64,000 nt of DNA, from NCBI RefSeq assembly GCF_055900595.2, contig NZ_CM148325.1. One strand, written 5' to 3'. Positions 47,807-59,127 of this stretch are shown here, piece by piece. Every line of letters starts with the position of its first letter. Within the stretch, counting starts at the first letter, position 1. The position numbers were made by a program, and so were the translations under genes. The notes beneath the pieces are model-generated. The model saw only the letters and a program-made list of their open reading frames with translations, searched no databases and was not told the DNA's origin.

Positions 47807-47935
47807 ATGAATGAGTTCAAGAGGTGTATGCGCGTGTTTAGTCATTCTCCCTTTAAAGTACGGTTAATGCTGCTCTCTATGTTGTGCGATATGGTCAACA
47901 ACAAACCGCAGCAAGATAAACCTTCCGATAAATAG
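47807..47935 (+). CDS. mntS: small protein MntS (manganese homeostasis, formerly rybA locus)
   Basis: 42-aa ORF MNEFKRCMRVFSHSPFKVRLMLLSMLCDMVNNKPQQDKPSDK with AGGAGG RBS; below the ORF-track length cutoff, found by eye. Confidence 0.85.
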   Translation: MNEFKRCMRVFSHSPFKVRLMLLSMLCDMVNNKPQQDKPSDK

Positions 47936-48206
47936 CGGCGTCGCGGTACGCCGCTTCACTCCTGCTTTTATGCAGGAACAACGCGTTTTGCTCTGAAAAA
48001 CCCCACTTTTTGTCGGATTTGCAATCCCCTTCGCAAAAGATTTGTTCGTCAGTAGTTGACCTGAACGGCTGCTCGCTCTATCTTCTTGCAGCCCTGCGTA
48101 TATTGCGGCTCGCGGATGCGGACCCCTTTCCCCTCTTCACGCACTCTTGCAGGTATTGACCCTTGACGCCAGGGTAAGCACATGGCGTTTGTTACGATAG
48201 TGGCAT

Positions 48207-49790
48207 ATGAATTTAACCCTCAAAGAATCGCTTGTTACCCGTAGCCGGGTATTTAGCCCGTGGACTGCGTTCTACTTTTTACAGTCGCTATTAATTAACC
48301 TCGGCTTAGGTTACCCCTTCAGTTTGCTATACACCGCCGCATTTACGGCTATTTTGCTTTTGCTATGGCGAACATTGCCTCGCGTGCAAAAAGTTCTGCT
48401 CGGCGTCAGTTCACTGGTCGCCGCTTGTTATTTCCCTTTTGCACAGGCCTACGGCGCGCCTAACTTCAATACCTTGCTGGCATTGCATTCCACCAATATG
48501 GAAGAGTCGACCGAAATCCTGACGATTTTTCCGTGGTACAGCTACCTGGTCGGCTTATTTATTTTTGCGCTCGGCGTAATAGCAATCAGGCGGAAAAAAG
48601 AGAGCGAAAAAGCGCGCTGGAATACCTTCGACAGTCTGTGTCTGGTATTCAGTGTGGCGACATTTTTTGTTGCTCCCGTGCAAAATCTGGCCTGGGGCGG
48701 CGTATTTAAACTGAAAGATACTGGCTATCCGGTATTTCGTTTTGCTAAGGATGTCATCGTCAATAATAACGAGGTGATTGAAGAGCAAGAACGGATGGCA
48801 AAACTTTCCGGAATGAAAGATACCTGGACGGTCACTGCCGTTAAGCCGAAGTATCAGACCTATGTGGTGGTGATCGGTGAAAGTGCGCGTCGCGATGCCC
48901 TCGGTGCCTTTGGCGGTCACTGGGATAATACCCCGTTTGCCAGCAGCGTTAACGGTTTGCTTTTTGCTGACTACATTGCTGCCAGTGGCTCCACACAGAA
49001 ATCGCTTGGCTTAACACTCAATCGCGTAGTCGATGGCAAACCACAGTTTCAGGATAACTTTGTCACCCTGGCAAATCGCGCGGGCTTTCAGACCTGGTGG
49101 TTTTCCAATCAGGGCCAAATCGGCGAATACGATACCGCCATCGCCAGCATCGCCAAACGGGCAGATGAAGTGTATTTCCTGAAAGACGGTAATTTTGAAG
49201 CAGATAAAAACACGAAAGACGAAGCGTTACTGGATATGACCGCGCAGGTGCTGGCGCAAGAACACTCGCAACCGCAACTGATTGTTTTACATCTGATGGG
49301 CTCACATCCACAGGCCTGCGACCGGACACAAGGCAAATACGCAACCTTTGTGCAATCGAAAGAAACGTCATGCTATCTCTATACCATGACACAAACGGAC
49401 GATTTGTTGCGTAAGCTGTACGACCAGTTACGCAATAGCGGCAGCAGCTTCTCGCTGGTTTACTTTGCGGACCACGGTCTGGCCTTTAAAGAACGCGGCA
49501 AAGACGTGCAATACCTTGCCCATGATGATAAGTATCAGCAAAATTTCCAGGTGCCTTTTATGGTCATTTCGAGCGACGATAAAGCGCATCGGGTGATTAA
49601 AGCCCGCCGTTCAGCCAATGACTTTTTAGGCTTTTTCTCGCAGTGGACGGGAATTAAAGCGAAGGAAATTAACATCAAATACCCGTTTATATCTGAGAAG
49701 AAAGCCGGGCCGATATACATCACCAACTTCCAGTTACAGAAGGTAGATTACAACCATCTCGGAACCGATATTTTCGACCCGAAACCTTAA
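48207..49790 (+). CDS. opgE: phosphoethanolamine transferase OpgE (YbiP)
   Basis: 527 aa; N-terminal TM helices plus sulfatase-like domain. Confidence 0.92.
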   Translation: MNLTLKESLVTRSRVFSPWTAFYFLQSLLINLGLGYPFSLLYTAAFTAILLLLWRTLPRVQKVLLGVSSLVAACYFPFAQAYGAPNFNTLLALHSTNMEESTEILTIFPWYSYLVGLFIFALGVIAIRRKKESEKARWNTFDSLCLVFSVATFFVAPVQNLAWGGVFKLKDTGYPVFRFAKDVIVNNNEVIEEQERMAKLSGMKDTWTVTAVKPKYQTYVVVIGESARRDALGAFGGHWDNTPFASSVNGLLFADYIAASGSTQKSLGLTLNRVVDGKPQFQDNFVTLANRAGFQTWWFSNQGQIGEYDTAIASIAKRADEVYFLKDGNFEADKNTKDEALLDMTAQVLAQEHSQPQLIVLHLMGSHPQACDRTQGKYATFVQSKETSCYLYTMTQTDDLLRKLYDQLRNSGSSFSLVYFADHGLAFKERGKDVQYLAHDDKYQQNFQVPFMVISSDDKAHRVIKARRSANDFLGFFSQWTGIKAKEINIKYPFISEKKAGPIYITNFQLQKVDYNHLGTDIFDPKP

Positions 49791-49795
49791 AAACA

Positions 49796-49824
49796 AAAAT
49801 CCGCCCCGTGAGGCGGATTTTTTA
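49796..49824. terminator. bidirectional rho-independent terminator between opgE and ompX
   Basis: stem AATCCGCC/GGCGGATT flanked by A-run and T-run. Confidence 0.8.
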
Positions 49825-49838
49825 TATCACCGAAGTGA

Positions 49839-50354
49839 TTAGAAGCGGTAACCAACACCGGCAATCCAGGTGCCTACGTCAACGCTACGAATACGGCTCT
49901 GCTCGTAAGAGAAGTCCAGAGCAACGTTTTCCATCGGGTTAAACTGCAGACCTGCACCGTAGGAGAAACCGTAGTCGCTGGTGTCGTGTTTGTAGGTCGG
50001 GTATTCAGTGGTCTGGAATTTACCATAACCCACACCCACTACACCATAGATGCTTGCCCAGTCGTTAATGCGGTAAGCCGGACCAGCAGTGATGCCGTAG
50101 TACTGGTTTTTGTTGTAGTCACCAGAGCTTGCAGTACGGCTTTTCTCGGTGTAAGTGAAAGAACCGATCACACCCAGCGGGCTGTTGTCTTCTTCATAGC
50201 GGTATTTCAGGTTGAAACCGCCCATTTTGTTCATTTGGCCCTGAGCGTCGCTCTGTGCGTAACCGCCAGTTACGGTAGAAGTCGCAGCTACGGAAGTACC
50301 TGCGGTGAAAGCCAGAACTGCGGCCAGTGCTGAAAGACATGCAATTTTTTTCAT
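49839..50354 (-). CDS. ompX: outer membrane protein X
   Basis: 171 aa from ATG at 50354; signal peptide, 8-strand beta-barrel pattern ending in F. Confidence 0.95.
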   Translation of the reverse strand: MKKIACLSALAAVLAFTAGTSVAATSTVTGGYAQSDAQGQMNKMGGFNLKYRYEEDNSPLGVIGSFTYTEKSRTASSGDYNKNQYYGITAGPAYRINDWASIYGVVGVGYGKFQTTEYPTYKHDTSDYGFSYGAGLQFNPMENVALDFSYEQSRIRSVDVGTWIAGVGYRF

Positions 50355-50706
50355 AACCACCTCAAATGTGATTCAAATAAGTCCTAAGTTTTAAATATAT
50401 CAAAAATTAATGGGAAACTCTTCGCGATTTGTGATGTCTAACGGGCCATTTCATGTAACAGAACGTTTCCATAAACCGCTATCCATCTAAAATTAAATCA
50501 CTTTTTCAGAGAACTGCATAAGTATTACGCATGTTTTCCCTGTCATTCATCCAGATTATTCCTAATCACCAGACTAATGATTCCATCAATCCTGGCGCAT
50601 TTTAGTCAAAACGGGGGAAAATTTTTTCAACAAATGCTCAACCAGCATTGGGTATATCCAGTACACTCCACGCTTTACTTAGGTTTAGATATTTGTGGGA
50701 GAAAGG

Positions 50707-51594
50707 ATGCCTGGTTCATTACGTAAAATGCTGGTCTGGTTACCAATAGTCATATTGCTCGTTGCCATGGCGTCTATTCAGGGTGGAGCCTCGTTAGCTA
50801 AGTCACTTTTTCCTCTGGTGGGCGCACCGGGTGTCACTGCGCTGCGTCTGGCATTAGGAACGCTGATCCTCATCGCGTTCTTTAAGCCATGGCGACTGCG
50901 CTTTGCCAAAGAGCAGCGGTTACCGCTGTTGTTTTACGGCGTTTCGCTGGGTGGGATGAATTATCTTTTTTATCTTTCTATTCAGACAGTACCGCTGGGT
51001 ATTGCGGTGGCGCTGGAGTTCACCGGACCACTGGCGGTGGCGCTGTTCTCTTCTCGTCGCCCGGTAGATTTCATCTGGGTTGTGCTGGCGGTTCTTGGTC
51101 TGTGGTTCCTGCTACCGCTGGGGCAAGACGTTTCCCATGTCGATTTAACCGGCTGTGCGCTGGCACTGGGAGCAGGGGCTTGTTGGGCTATTTACATTTT
51201 AAGTGGGCAACGCGCAGGAGCGGAACATGGCCCTGCGACGGTGGCAATTGGTTCGTTGATTGCAGCGTTAATTTTCGTGCCAATTGGAGCGCTTCAGGCT
51301 GGTGAAGCACTCTGGCACTGGTCGGTTATTCCATTGGGTCTGGCGGTCGCTATTCTCTCGACCGCTCTGCCTTATTCGCTGGAAATGATTGCCCTCACCC
51401 GTTTGCCAACGCGGACATTTGGTACGCTGATGAGCATGGAACCGGCGCTGGCTGCCGTTTCCGGGATGATTTTCCTCGGAGAAACATTGACACCCATACA
51501 GCTGCTGGCGCTCGGCGCTATCATCGCCGCTTCAATGGGTTCTACGCTGACAGTACGCAAAGAGAGCAAAATAAAAGAATTAGACATTAATTAA
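50707..51594 (+). CDS. rhtA: threonine/homoserine exporter RhtA (YbiF)
   Basis: 295 aa from ATG at 50707 (MPGSLRKMLVWL...), DMT/EamA family. Confidence 0.92.
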   Translation: MPGSLRKMLVWLPIVILLVAMASIQGGASLAKSLFPLVGAPGVTALRLALGTLILIAFFKPWRLRFAKEQRLPLLFYGVSLGGMNYLFYLSIQTVPLGIAVALEFTGPLAVALFSSRRPVDFIWVVLAVLGLWFLLPLGQDVSHVDLTGCALALGAGACWAIYILSGQRAGAEHGPATVAIGSLIAALIFVPIGALQAGEALWHWSVIPLGLAVAILSTALPYSLEMIALTRLPTRTFGTLMSMEPALAAVSGMIFLGETLTPIQLLALGAIIAASMGSTLTVRKESKIKELDIN

Positions 51595-51602
51595 ATTTAC
51601 AT

Positions 51603-51632
51603 TTCTGCATGGTTATGCATAACCATGCAGAA
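51603..51632. repeat. perfect 30-bp inverted repeat (likely rhtA terminator hairpin or protein site)
   Basis: TTCTGCATGGTTATG/CATAACCATGCAGAA, perfectly self-complementary, 9 bp after rhtA stop. Confidence 0.6.
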
Positions 51633-51748
51633 TTTCTCGCTACTTTTCCTCCACACCGTCTTTATATATCGAATTATGCAAAAGCATATTTATTCCGAAA
51701 ATTCCTGGCGAGCCAATAAATAAGAATTGTTCTTATCAATATATCTAA

Positions 51749-52396
<648 letters not shown>

Positions 52397-52436
52397 ATCC
52401 ATCGCTGATGGTGGAGAACTTTAGTACCCGATAAAA

Positions 52437-52467
52437 GCGGCTTCCTGACAGGAGGCCGTTTTGTTTT
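52437..52467 (+). terminator. rho-independent terminator of dps
   Basis: stem GCGGCTTCCTG/CAGGAGGCCG followed by TTTTGTTTT. Confidence 0.75.
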
Positions 52468-52626
52468 GCAGCCCACCTCAACGCACTTATTTAGTGCATC
52501 CATCTGCTATCTCCAGCTGATTAAGTAAATTTTTTGTATCCACATCATCACACAATCGTTACATAAAGATTGTTTTTTCATCAGGTTTTACGCTAAATAA
52601 TCACTGTGTTGAGTGCACAATTTTAG

Positions 52627-52657
52627 CGCACCAGTTTGGTGCCCCAGAATGGTGCAT
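52627..52657. promoter_or_regulatory. tandem NtrC binding sites of the glnH promoter
   Basis: GCACCAGTTTGGTGC and CCCCAGAATGGTGCA match TGCACCA-N3-TGGTGCA. Confidence 0.7.
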
Positions 52658-52729
52658 CTTCAGGGTATTGCCCTATAAATCGTGCATTACGTTTTTGCCG
52701 CATCTCGATAAATCAATGAGTTGCAAAAC

Positions 52730-52745
52730 TGGCACGATTTTTTCA
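52730..52745 (+). promoter_or_regulatory. sigma54 promoter glnHp2 (-24/-12)
   Basis: TGGCACGATTTTTTCA, about 55 bp upstream of glnH ATG, downstream of the NtrC sites. Confidence 0.7.
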
Positions 52746-52784
52746 TATATGTGAATGTCACGCAGGGGATCGTCCCGTGGATAG

Positions 52785-53546
<762 letters not shown>

Positions 53547-53560
53547 TAATGCTACGCCTG

Positions 53561-53630
53561 TAAAGCGCACTGGCAGTTCCCTCTCCCCTCTGGGGAGAGG
53601 ATTAGGGTGAGGGGCGCAAACCCGCTCCGG
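53561..53630. repeat. GC-rich intergenic repeat (BoxC-like) between glnH and glnP
   Basis: CCCTCTCCCCTCTGGGGAGAGG...AGGGTGAGGGGCGCAAACCCGCTCCGGGGCC, self-complementary; resembles E. coli BoxC from memory. Confidence 0.5.
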
Positions 53631-53684
53631 GGCCATTAATTACCCTGAATTTGATTATTTACACCACGGTAACAGGAACAACAT

Positions 53685-54344
53685 ATGCAGTTTGACTGGA
53701 GTGCCATCTGGCCTGCCATTCCGCTTCTGATTGAAGGTGCCAAAATGACCCTGTGGATTTCGGTCCTCGGTCTAGCTGGCGGCCTGGTGATCGGATTGCT
53801 GGCAGGTTTTGCACGCACCTTCGGTGGTTGGATATCCAACCACGTCGCGCTGGTCTTTATTGAAGTGATCCGCGGCACACCTATCGTCGTCCAGGTGATG
53901 TTTATCTACTTCGCCCTGCCGATGGCGTTTAACGACTTACGCATCGACCCATTTACTGCGGCGGTGGTCACCATCATGATCAACTCCGGCGCATACATTG
54001 CGGAAATCACGCGTGGTGCGGTGCTGTCTATCCACAAAGGTTTCCGTGAAGCAGGACTGGCTCTCGGCCTTTCACGTTGGGAAACCATTCGCTACGTCAT
54101 TTTACCGCTGGCACTGCGCCGTATGCTGCCGCCGCTGGGTAACCAGTGGATCATCAGCATTAAAGATACCTCGCTGTTTATTGTTATCGGCGTGGCGGAA
54201 CTGACCCGTCAGGGGCAAGAAATTATTGCCGGTAACTTCCGCGCCCTTGAGATCTGGAGCGCCGTGGCGGTGTTCTATCTGATTATTACCCTGGTGCTGA
54301 GCTTTATTCTGCGTCGTCTGGAAAGAAGGATGAAAATCCTGTGA
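53685..54344 (+). CDS. glnP: glutamine ABC transporter permease GlnP
   Basis: 219 aa permease. Confidence 0.94.
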   Translation: MQFDWSAIWPAIPLLIEGAKMTLWISVLGLAGGLVIGLLAGFARTFGGWISNHVALVFIEVIRGTPIVVQVMFIYFALPMAFNDLRIDPFTAAVVTIMINSGAYIAEITRGAVLSIHKGFREAGLALGLSRWETIRYVILPLALRRMLPPLGNQWIISIKDTSLFIVIGVAELTRQGQEIIAGNFRALEIWSAVAVFYLIITLVLSFILRRLERRMKIL

Positions 54345-55063
54345 TTGAATTTAAAAACGTCTCCAAGCATTTTGGTCCAACCCAGGTGCTGCACAATATC
54401 GATTTGAACATTGCCCAGGGCGAAGTCGTGGTGATTATCGGGCCGTCCGGTTCCGGTAAATCGACCCTGCTGCGCTGCATCAACAAACTGGAAGAAATCA
54501 CCTCCGGCGATCTGATTGTCGATGGCCTGAAGGTTAACGATCCGAAAGTTGACGAGCGCCTGATTCGCCAGGAAGCGGGTATGGTGTTCCAGCAGTTTTA
54601 CCTCTTCCCGCATCTGACGGCGCTGGAAAACGTGATGTTTGGTCCACTACGCGTGCGTGGCGCGAACAAAGAAGAGGCGGAAAAACTGGCGCGTGAGCTG
54701 CTGGCGAAAGTCGGTCTGGCAGAACGTGCACATCACTACCCTTCCGAACTTTCTGGTGGTCAACAGCAGCGTGTGGCGATCGCCCGCGCGCTGGCGGTGA
54801 AGCCGAAAATGATGCTGTTTGATGAACCGACTTCCGCTCTTGACCCGGAACTGCGCCATGAAGTGCTGAAGGTTATGCAGGATCTGGCTGAAGAAGGGAT
54901 GACGATGGTGATCGTGACACACGAAATCGGTTTTGCCGAGAAAGTCGCTTCGCGCCTGATCTTTATCGACAAAGGCCGGATTGCGGAAGATGGCGATCCG
55001 CAGGTGTTGATCAAGAACCCACCGAGCCAGCGCTTGCAGGAATTTTTGCAGCACGTCTCTTAA
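54341..55063 (+). CDS. glnQ: glutamine ABC transporter ATP-binding protein GlnQ
   Basis: 240 aa; Walker [18 protein letters not shown]; start overlaps glnP stop. Confidence 0.95.
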   Translation: MIEFKNVSKHFGPTQVLHNIDLNIAQGEVVVIIGPSGSGKSTLLRCINKLEEITSGDLIVDGLKVNDPKVDERLIRQEAGMVFQQFYLFPHLTALENVMFGPLRVRGANKEEAEKLARELLAKVGLAERAHHYPSELSGGQQQRVAIARALAVKPKMMLFDEPTSALDPELRHEVLKVMQDLAEEGMTMVIVTHEIGFAEKVASRLIFIDKGRIAEDGDPQVLIKNPPSQRLQEFLQHVS

Positions 55064-55070
55064 CTTCTCA

Positions 55071-55096
55071 GCCTCCCTTTCTTCCGAAAGGGAGGC
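55071..55096 (+). terminator. hairpin downstream of glnQ
   Basis: stem CCTCCCTTT/AAAGGGAGG; no clear T-run. Confidence 0.4.
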
Positions 55097-55179
55097 ACAC
55101 CAGATTCCTCTCATTTAAAATCGCCCCTCCCCCAGCATCTATACTTATCTTTTTGCTCTGTTTTCTCACTGGAGGAGTC

Positions 55180-57405
55180 ATGCGGTGGATCCTGTTCATC
55201 CTCTTCTGCCTGCTGGGCGCACCTGCCCACGCGGTATCCATACCCGGCGTTACAACCACAACGACAACGGACTCAACGACTGAACCGGCCCCGGAACCGG
55301 ATATCGAACAAAAAAAAGCGGCCTATGGCGCACTGGCGGATGTGCTGGATAATGACACCTCGCGTAAAGAGTTGATCGACCAGTTGCGCACCGTCGCCGC
55401 GACGCCCCCTGCGGAACCCGTACCGAAGATCGTGCCGCCGACGCTGGTTGAAGAGCAAACCGTGCTGCAAAAAGTCACCGAAGTCAGCCGCCATTATGGT
55501 GAAGCCCTTTCCGCCCGCTTCGGACAACTTTATCGCAATATCACCGGCTCCCCGCATAAGCCGTTTAATCCACAAACCTTCAGCAATGCGCTGACCCATT
55601 TTTCAATGTTAGCGGTATTAGTGTTTGGTTTTTACTGGCTGATTCGCCTGTGCGCGCTGCCGCTGTATCGCAAAATGGGCCAGTGGGCACGGCAAAAAAA
55701 TCGTGAGCGCAGTAACTGGTTGCAGCTTCCGGCGATGATTATCGGGGCGTTTATTATCGACCTGCTGTTACTGGCACTGACATTATTTGTCGGTCAGGTT
55801 TTAAGCGACAACCTGAATGCGGGCAGTCGCACCATCGCTTTCCAACAAAGTTTGTTTCTCAACGCCTTTGCCCTGATTGAATTTTTCAAAGCCGTACTAC
55901 GCCTGATTTTTTGCCCCAACGTGGCGGAGCTGCGCCCGTTTACGATTCAGGACGAAAGCGCCCGTTACTGGAGTCGTCGCCTGAGCTGGTTAAGCAGCCT
56001 GATTGGGTATGGTCTGATTGTGGCTGTGCCGATTATCTCTAATCAGGTGAATGTGCAAATCGGTGCGCTAGCGAACGTCATCATTATGCTGTGCATGACC
56101 GTCTGGGCGCTGTACCTGATCTTTCGTAATAAAAAAGAGATTACGCAGCATTTGCTCAACTTCGCGGAACACTCGCTGGCCTTTTTCAGCCTGTTTATTC
56201 GCGCTTTTGCGCTGGTGTGGCACTGGTTGGCAAGCGCCTATTTTATCGTGCTGTTTTTCTTTTCGTTGTTCGATCCGGGCAACAGCCTGAAATTTATGAT
56301 GGGTGCAACGGTACGCAGCCTGGCGATTATTGGTATCGCCGCGTTTGTTTCCGGTATGTTTTCCCGCTGGCTGGCGAAAACCATCACTCTCTCGCCACAT
56401 ACTCAGCGTAACTATCCGGAGCTGCAAAAACGGTTGAACGGCTGGCTTTCGGCGGCGCTGAAAACGGCGCGTATTCTGACAGTCTGCGTGGCGGTAATGT
56501 TGCTGTTGAGCGCATGGGGATTGTTCGATTTCTGGAACTGGCTGCAAAACGGCGCGGGGCAGAGAACCGTAGATATCCTGATCCGTATCGCACTCATTCT
56601 TTTCTTCTCGGCGGTTGGCTGGACGGTGCTCGCCAGTTTGATCGAAAACCGGCTGGCTTCGGATATTCATGGCCGCCCGCTACCCAGCGCCCGTACGCGT
56701 ACCCTGCTGACGCTGTTCCGTAACGCGCTGGCGGTGATTATCAGTACCATCACCATCATGATTGTGTTGTCGGAAATCGGCGTTAATATCGCGCCATTGC
56801 TGGCAGGTGCCGGGGCATTAGGTCTGGCTATCTCGTTTGGTTCGCAAACGCTGGTGAAAGATATTATCACCGGGGTATTTATTCAGTTTGAAAACGGCAT
56901 GAACACTGGAGATTTGGTGACTATCGGGCCGTTGACCGGCACTGTGGAACGGATGTCGATTCGCTCCGTGGGCGTACGCCAGGATACCGGGGCGTATCAC
57001 ATCATTCCGTGGTCTTCGATTACCACCTTTGCTAACTTTGTCCGCGGCATTGGTTCGGTAGTGGCAAATTATGATGTTGATCGCCATGAAGATGCTGATA
57101 AAGCCAATCAGGCACTGAAAGATGCGGTAGCGGAATTAATGGAAAACGAAGAAATTCGCGGGTTGATTATCGGTGAACCGAACTTTGCCGGGATTGTCGG
57201 CTTAAGCAATACCGCATTTACACTGCGTGTTTCGTTCACCACGCTGCCACTCAAACAATGGACGGTCCGCTTTGCCCTCGACAGCCAGGTGAAAAAACAT
57301 TTCGACCTGGCGGGCGTTCGCGCGCCAGTGCAGACTTATCAGGTGCTGCCTGCTCCGGGCGCGACCCCGGCTGAACCGTTGCCGCCGGGGGAACCAACGC
57401 TTTAA
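55180..57405 (+). CDS. ybiO: mechanosensitive channel YbiO (MscS family)
   Basis: 741 aa from ATG at 55180 ([18 protein letters not shown] signal peptide); multiple TM helices and C-terminal MscS domain. Confidence 0.9.
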
Positions 57406-58328
57406 CGCTGGCGATTGACAAAACGGCGGCGCTGCTCGTCGTTCATAAAGGTCCAGGCAATAAAGCGGCTCTGCTTTTGCCCCTGGGCCATCTCTTTTTT
57501 GACCACTTTCACCGCGCCCACGTCCGTCAGAGCACGATACAACGGCGGTAAGTTTTCGCCACGAGATACCAGCGAGGTAAACCACATCACCTGCTTCGCG
57601 AAGCCTTTGCTCTCTTCAATCATCTTTTTGATAAAAGCCACTTCACCGCCTTCACACCACAACTCCTGTTGCTGACCACCAAAGTTCAATGCATCGTCTT
57701 TGTTCAGCCCCAGATTACGCCGTTTACGCTCACTACCCGCCCGTGCCGCAGCGGCGGAATCGTGGAATGGCGGGTTACACAAGGTCGCGTCGTATTGCTC
57801 GTTTTTGTGGATAATACCGTTAAAAATCGCCCCGCTCTCTTTTTGCCGACGCAGACGAATGGCGCGATTAAGCCCCGGATTAGCGCTGATGATCGCCTGC
57901 GCGCTGCTTAACGCCTGGCTGCTGGTTTCACTACCGGTAAAACGCCAGCCGTATTCATGTACGCCAATCAGCGGATAAATACAGTTCGCACCAACGCCGA
58001 TATCCAGAATGCTGGCATTAGCTGGAATTGTTCCGCTTGCTTCTGCCAGTAAATCGGCAAGGTGATGAATATAATCCGCCCGGCCCGGTACTGGCGGGCA
58101 GAGAAAACCGTCGGGGATATCCCAGTTCGCTACGGCGTAAAAATGGGCCAGCAACGCCTTATTGAGCGCCTTCACCGCCAGCGGATTGGCAAAGTCTACG
58201 CTTTGCTCCCCGGCGGGTGTAAGCGTGAGGAATTGCCTGAGTTCAGGATTCACCTGACAAAGCGTGGCGAGATCGTAGCGGCTGTGATGACGGTTGCGCG
58301 GATGCAACCCCGGTTTCTGGGCGGACAT
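57402..58328 (-). CDS. rlmF: 23S rRNA (adenine1618-N6)-methyltransferase RlmF (YbiN)
   Basis: 308 aa from ATG at 58328; NPPF motif; stop shares TTAA with ybiO stop. Confidence 0.9.
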
Positions 58329-58602
58329 AGCATTCTCCTTTAAGCAGCGGCGTAAGATACCCGCATAACGCGACAGGGTAAATATCTGGCTGCGTTTATC
58401 ATTCTCCAAACCTTAACATGACTATGGTTTATGGCTATTCACCATAAAAATCAGCATCATTCATGTCATTGATTTGTCTTATTTTGTAAAAATATATCGT
58501 TCAAAAAATAAGCACATCTCTGTCAATTTTTTGCGTCATTTGCATCGCGCAGGCGACCTACACTTATCAGGCACTACCCGTTGTATTTATGAGGATGTCA
58601 TT

Positions 58603-58863
58603 ATGAAAAAGTGCCTCACACTACTGATTGCCACCGTCCTGAGCGGGCTCTCTCTCACGGCTTATGCCGCGCAACCAATGAGTAACCTGGACAGCGGTCA
58701 GCTACGGCCCGCCGGTACCGTTTCGGCAACTGGCGCATCAAACCTAAGCGATCTGGAGGATAAACTGGCAGAAAAAGCGCGCGAACAAGGCGCGAAAGGT
58801 TATGTCATTAATTCCGCAGGCGGAAATGACCAGATGTTCGGTACTGCAACCATCTACAAATAA
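58603..58863 (+). CDS. mcbA: DUF1471 (YhcN family) secreted protein McbA (YbiM)
   Basis: 86 aa from ATG at 58603 with signal peptide; adjacent to rlmF as expected. Confidence 0.85.
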   Translation: MKKCLTLLIATVLSGLSLTAYAAQPMSNLDSGQLRPAGTVSATGASNLSDLEDKLAEKAREQGAKGYVINSAGGNDQMFGTATIYK

Positions 58864-58997
58864 CCCCACCAACGTAACTGCATTCGCCTCTGGATGCAGT
58901 TTTCGCCTGTTTTGTAATCAAAAAACATCAAATATGAACTTAATGTAAATAAATGTATTTCTTTTTCGCGCAATGGGTGATAGAAAATCGCGCTAAG

Positions 58998-59025
58998 TGA
59001 TAATGCTTATCAAAATTATTATCAC
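58998..59025. promoter_or_regulatory. Fur box in fiu promoter
   Basis: GTGATAATGCTTATCAAAATTATTATCAC resembles GATAATGATAATCATTATC; about 100 bp upstream of fiu ATG. Confidence 0.7.
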
Positions 59026-59127
59026 TTGCACGAACACTATCACGGGATTAACAGTGGCATCGCATCCGCAGAGAGGCTTTCTCGTGACAGTGAAAATTTC
59101 AACATATAAGAAAAAGTCACCTGCAAA

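Noticed and set aside
54647-55114. 155-aa ORF on the minus strand
   Set aside because: Antisense to glnQ; spurious.
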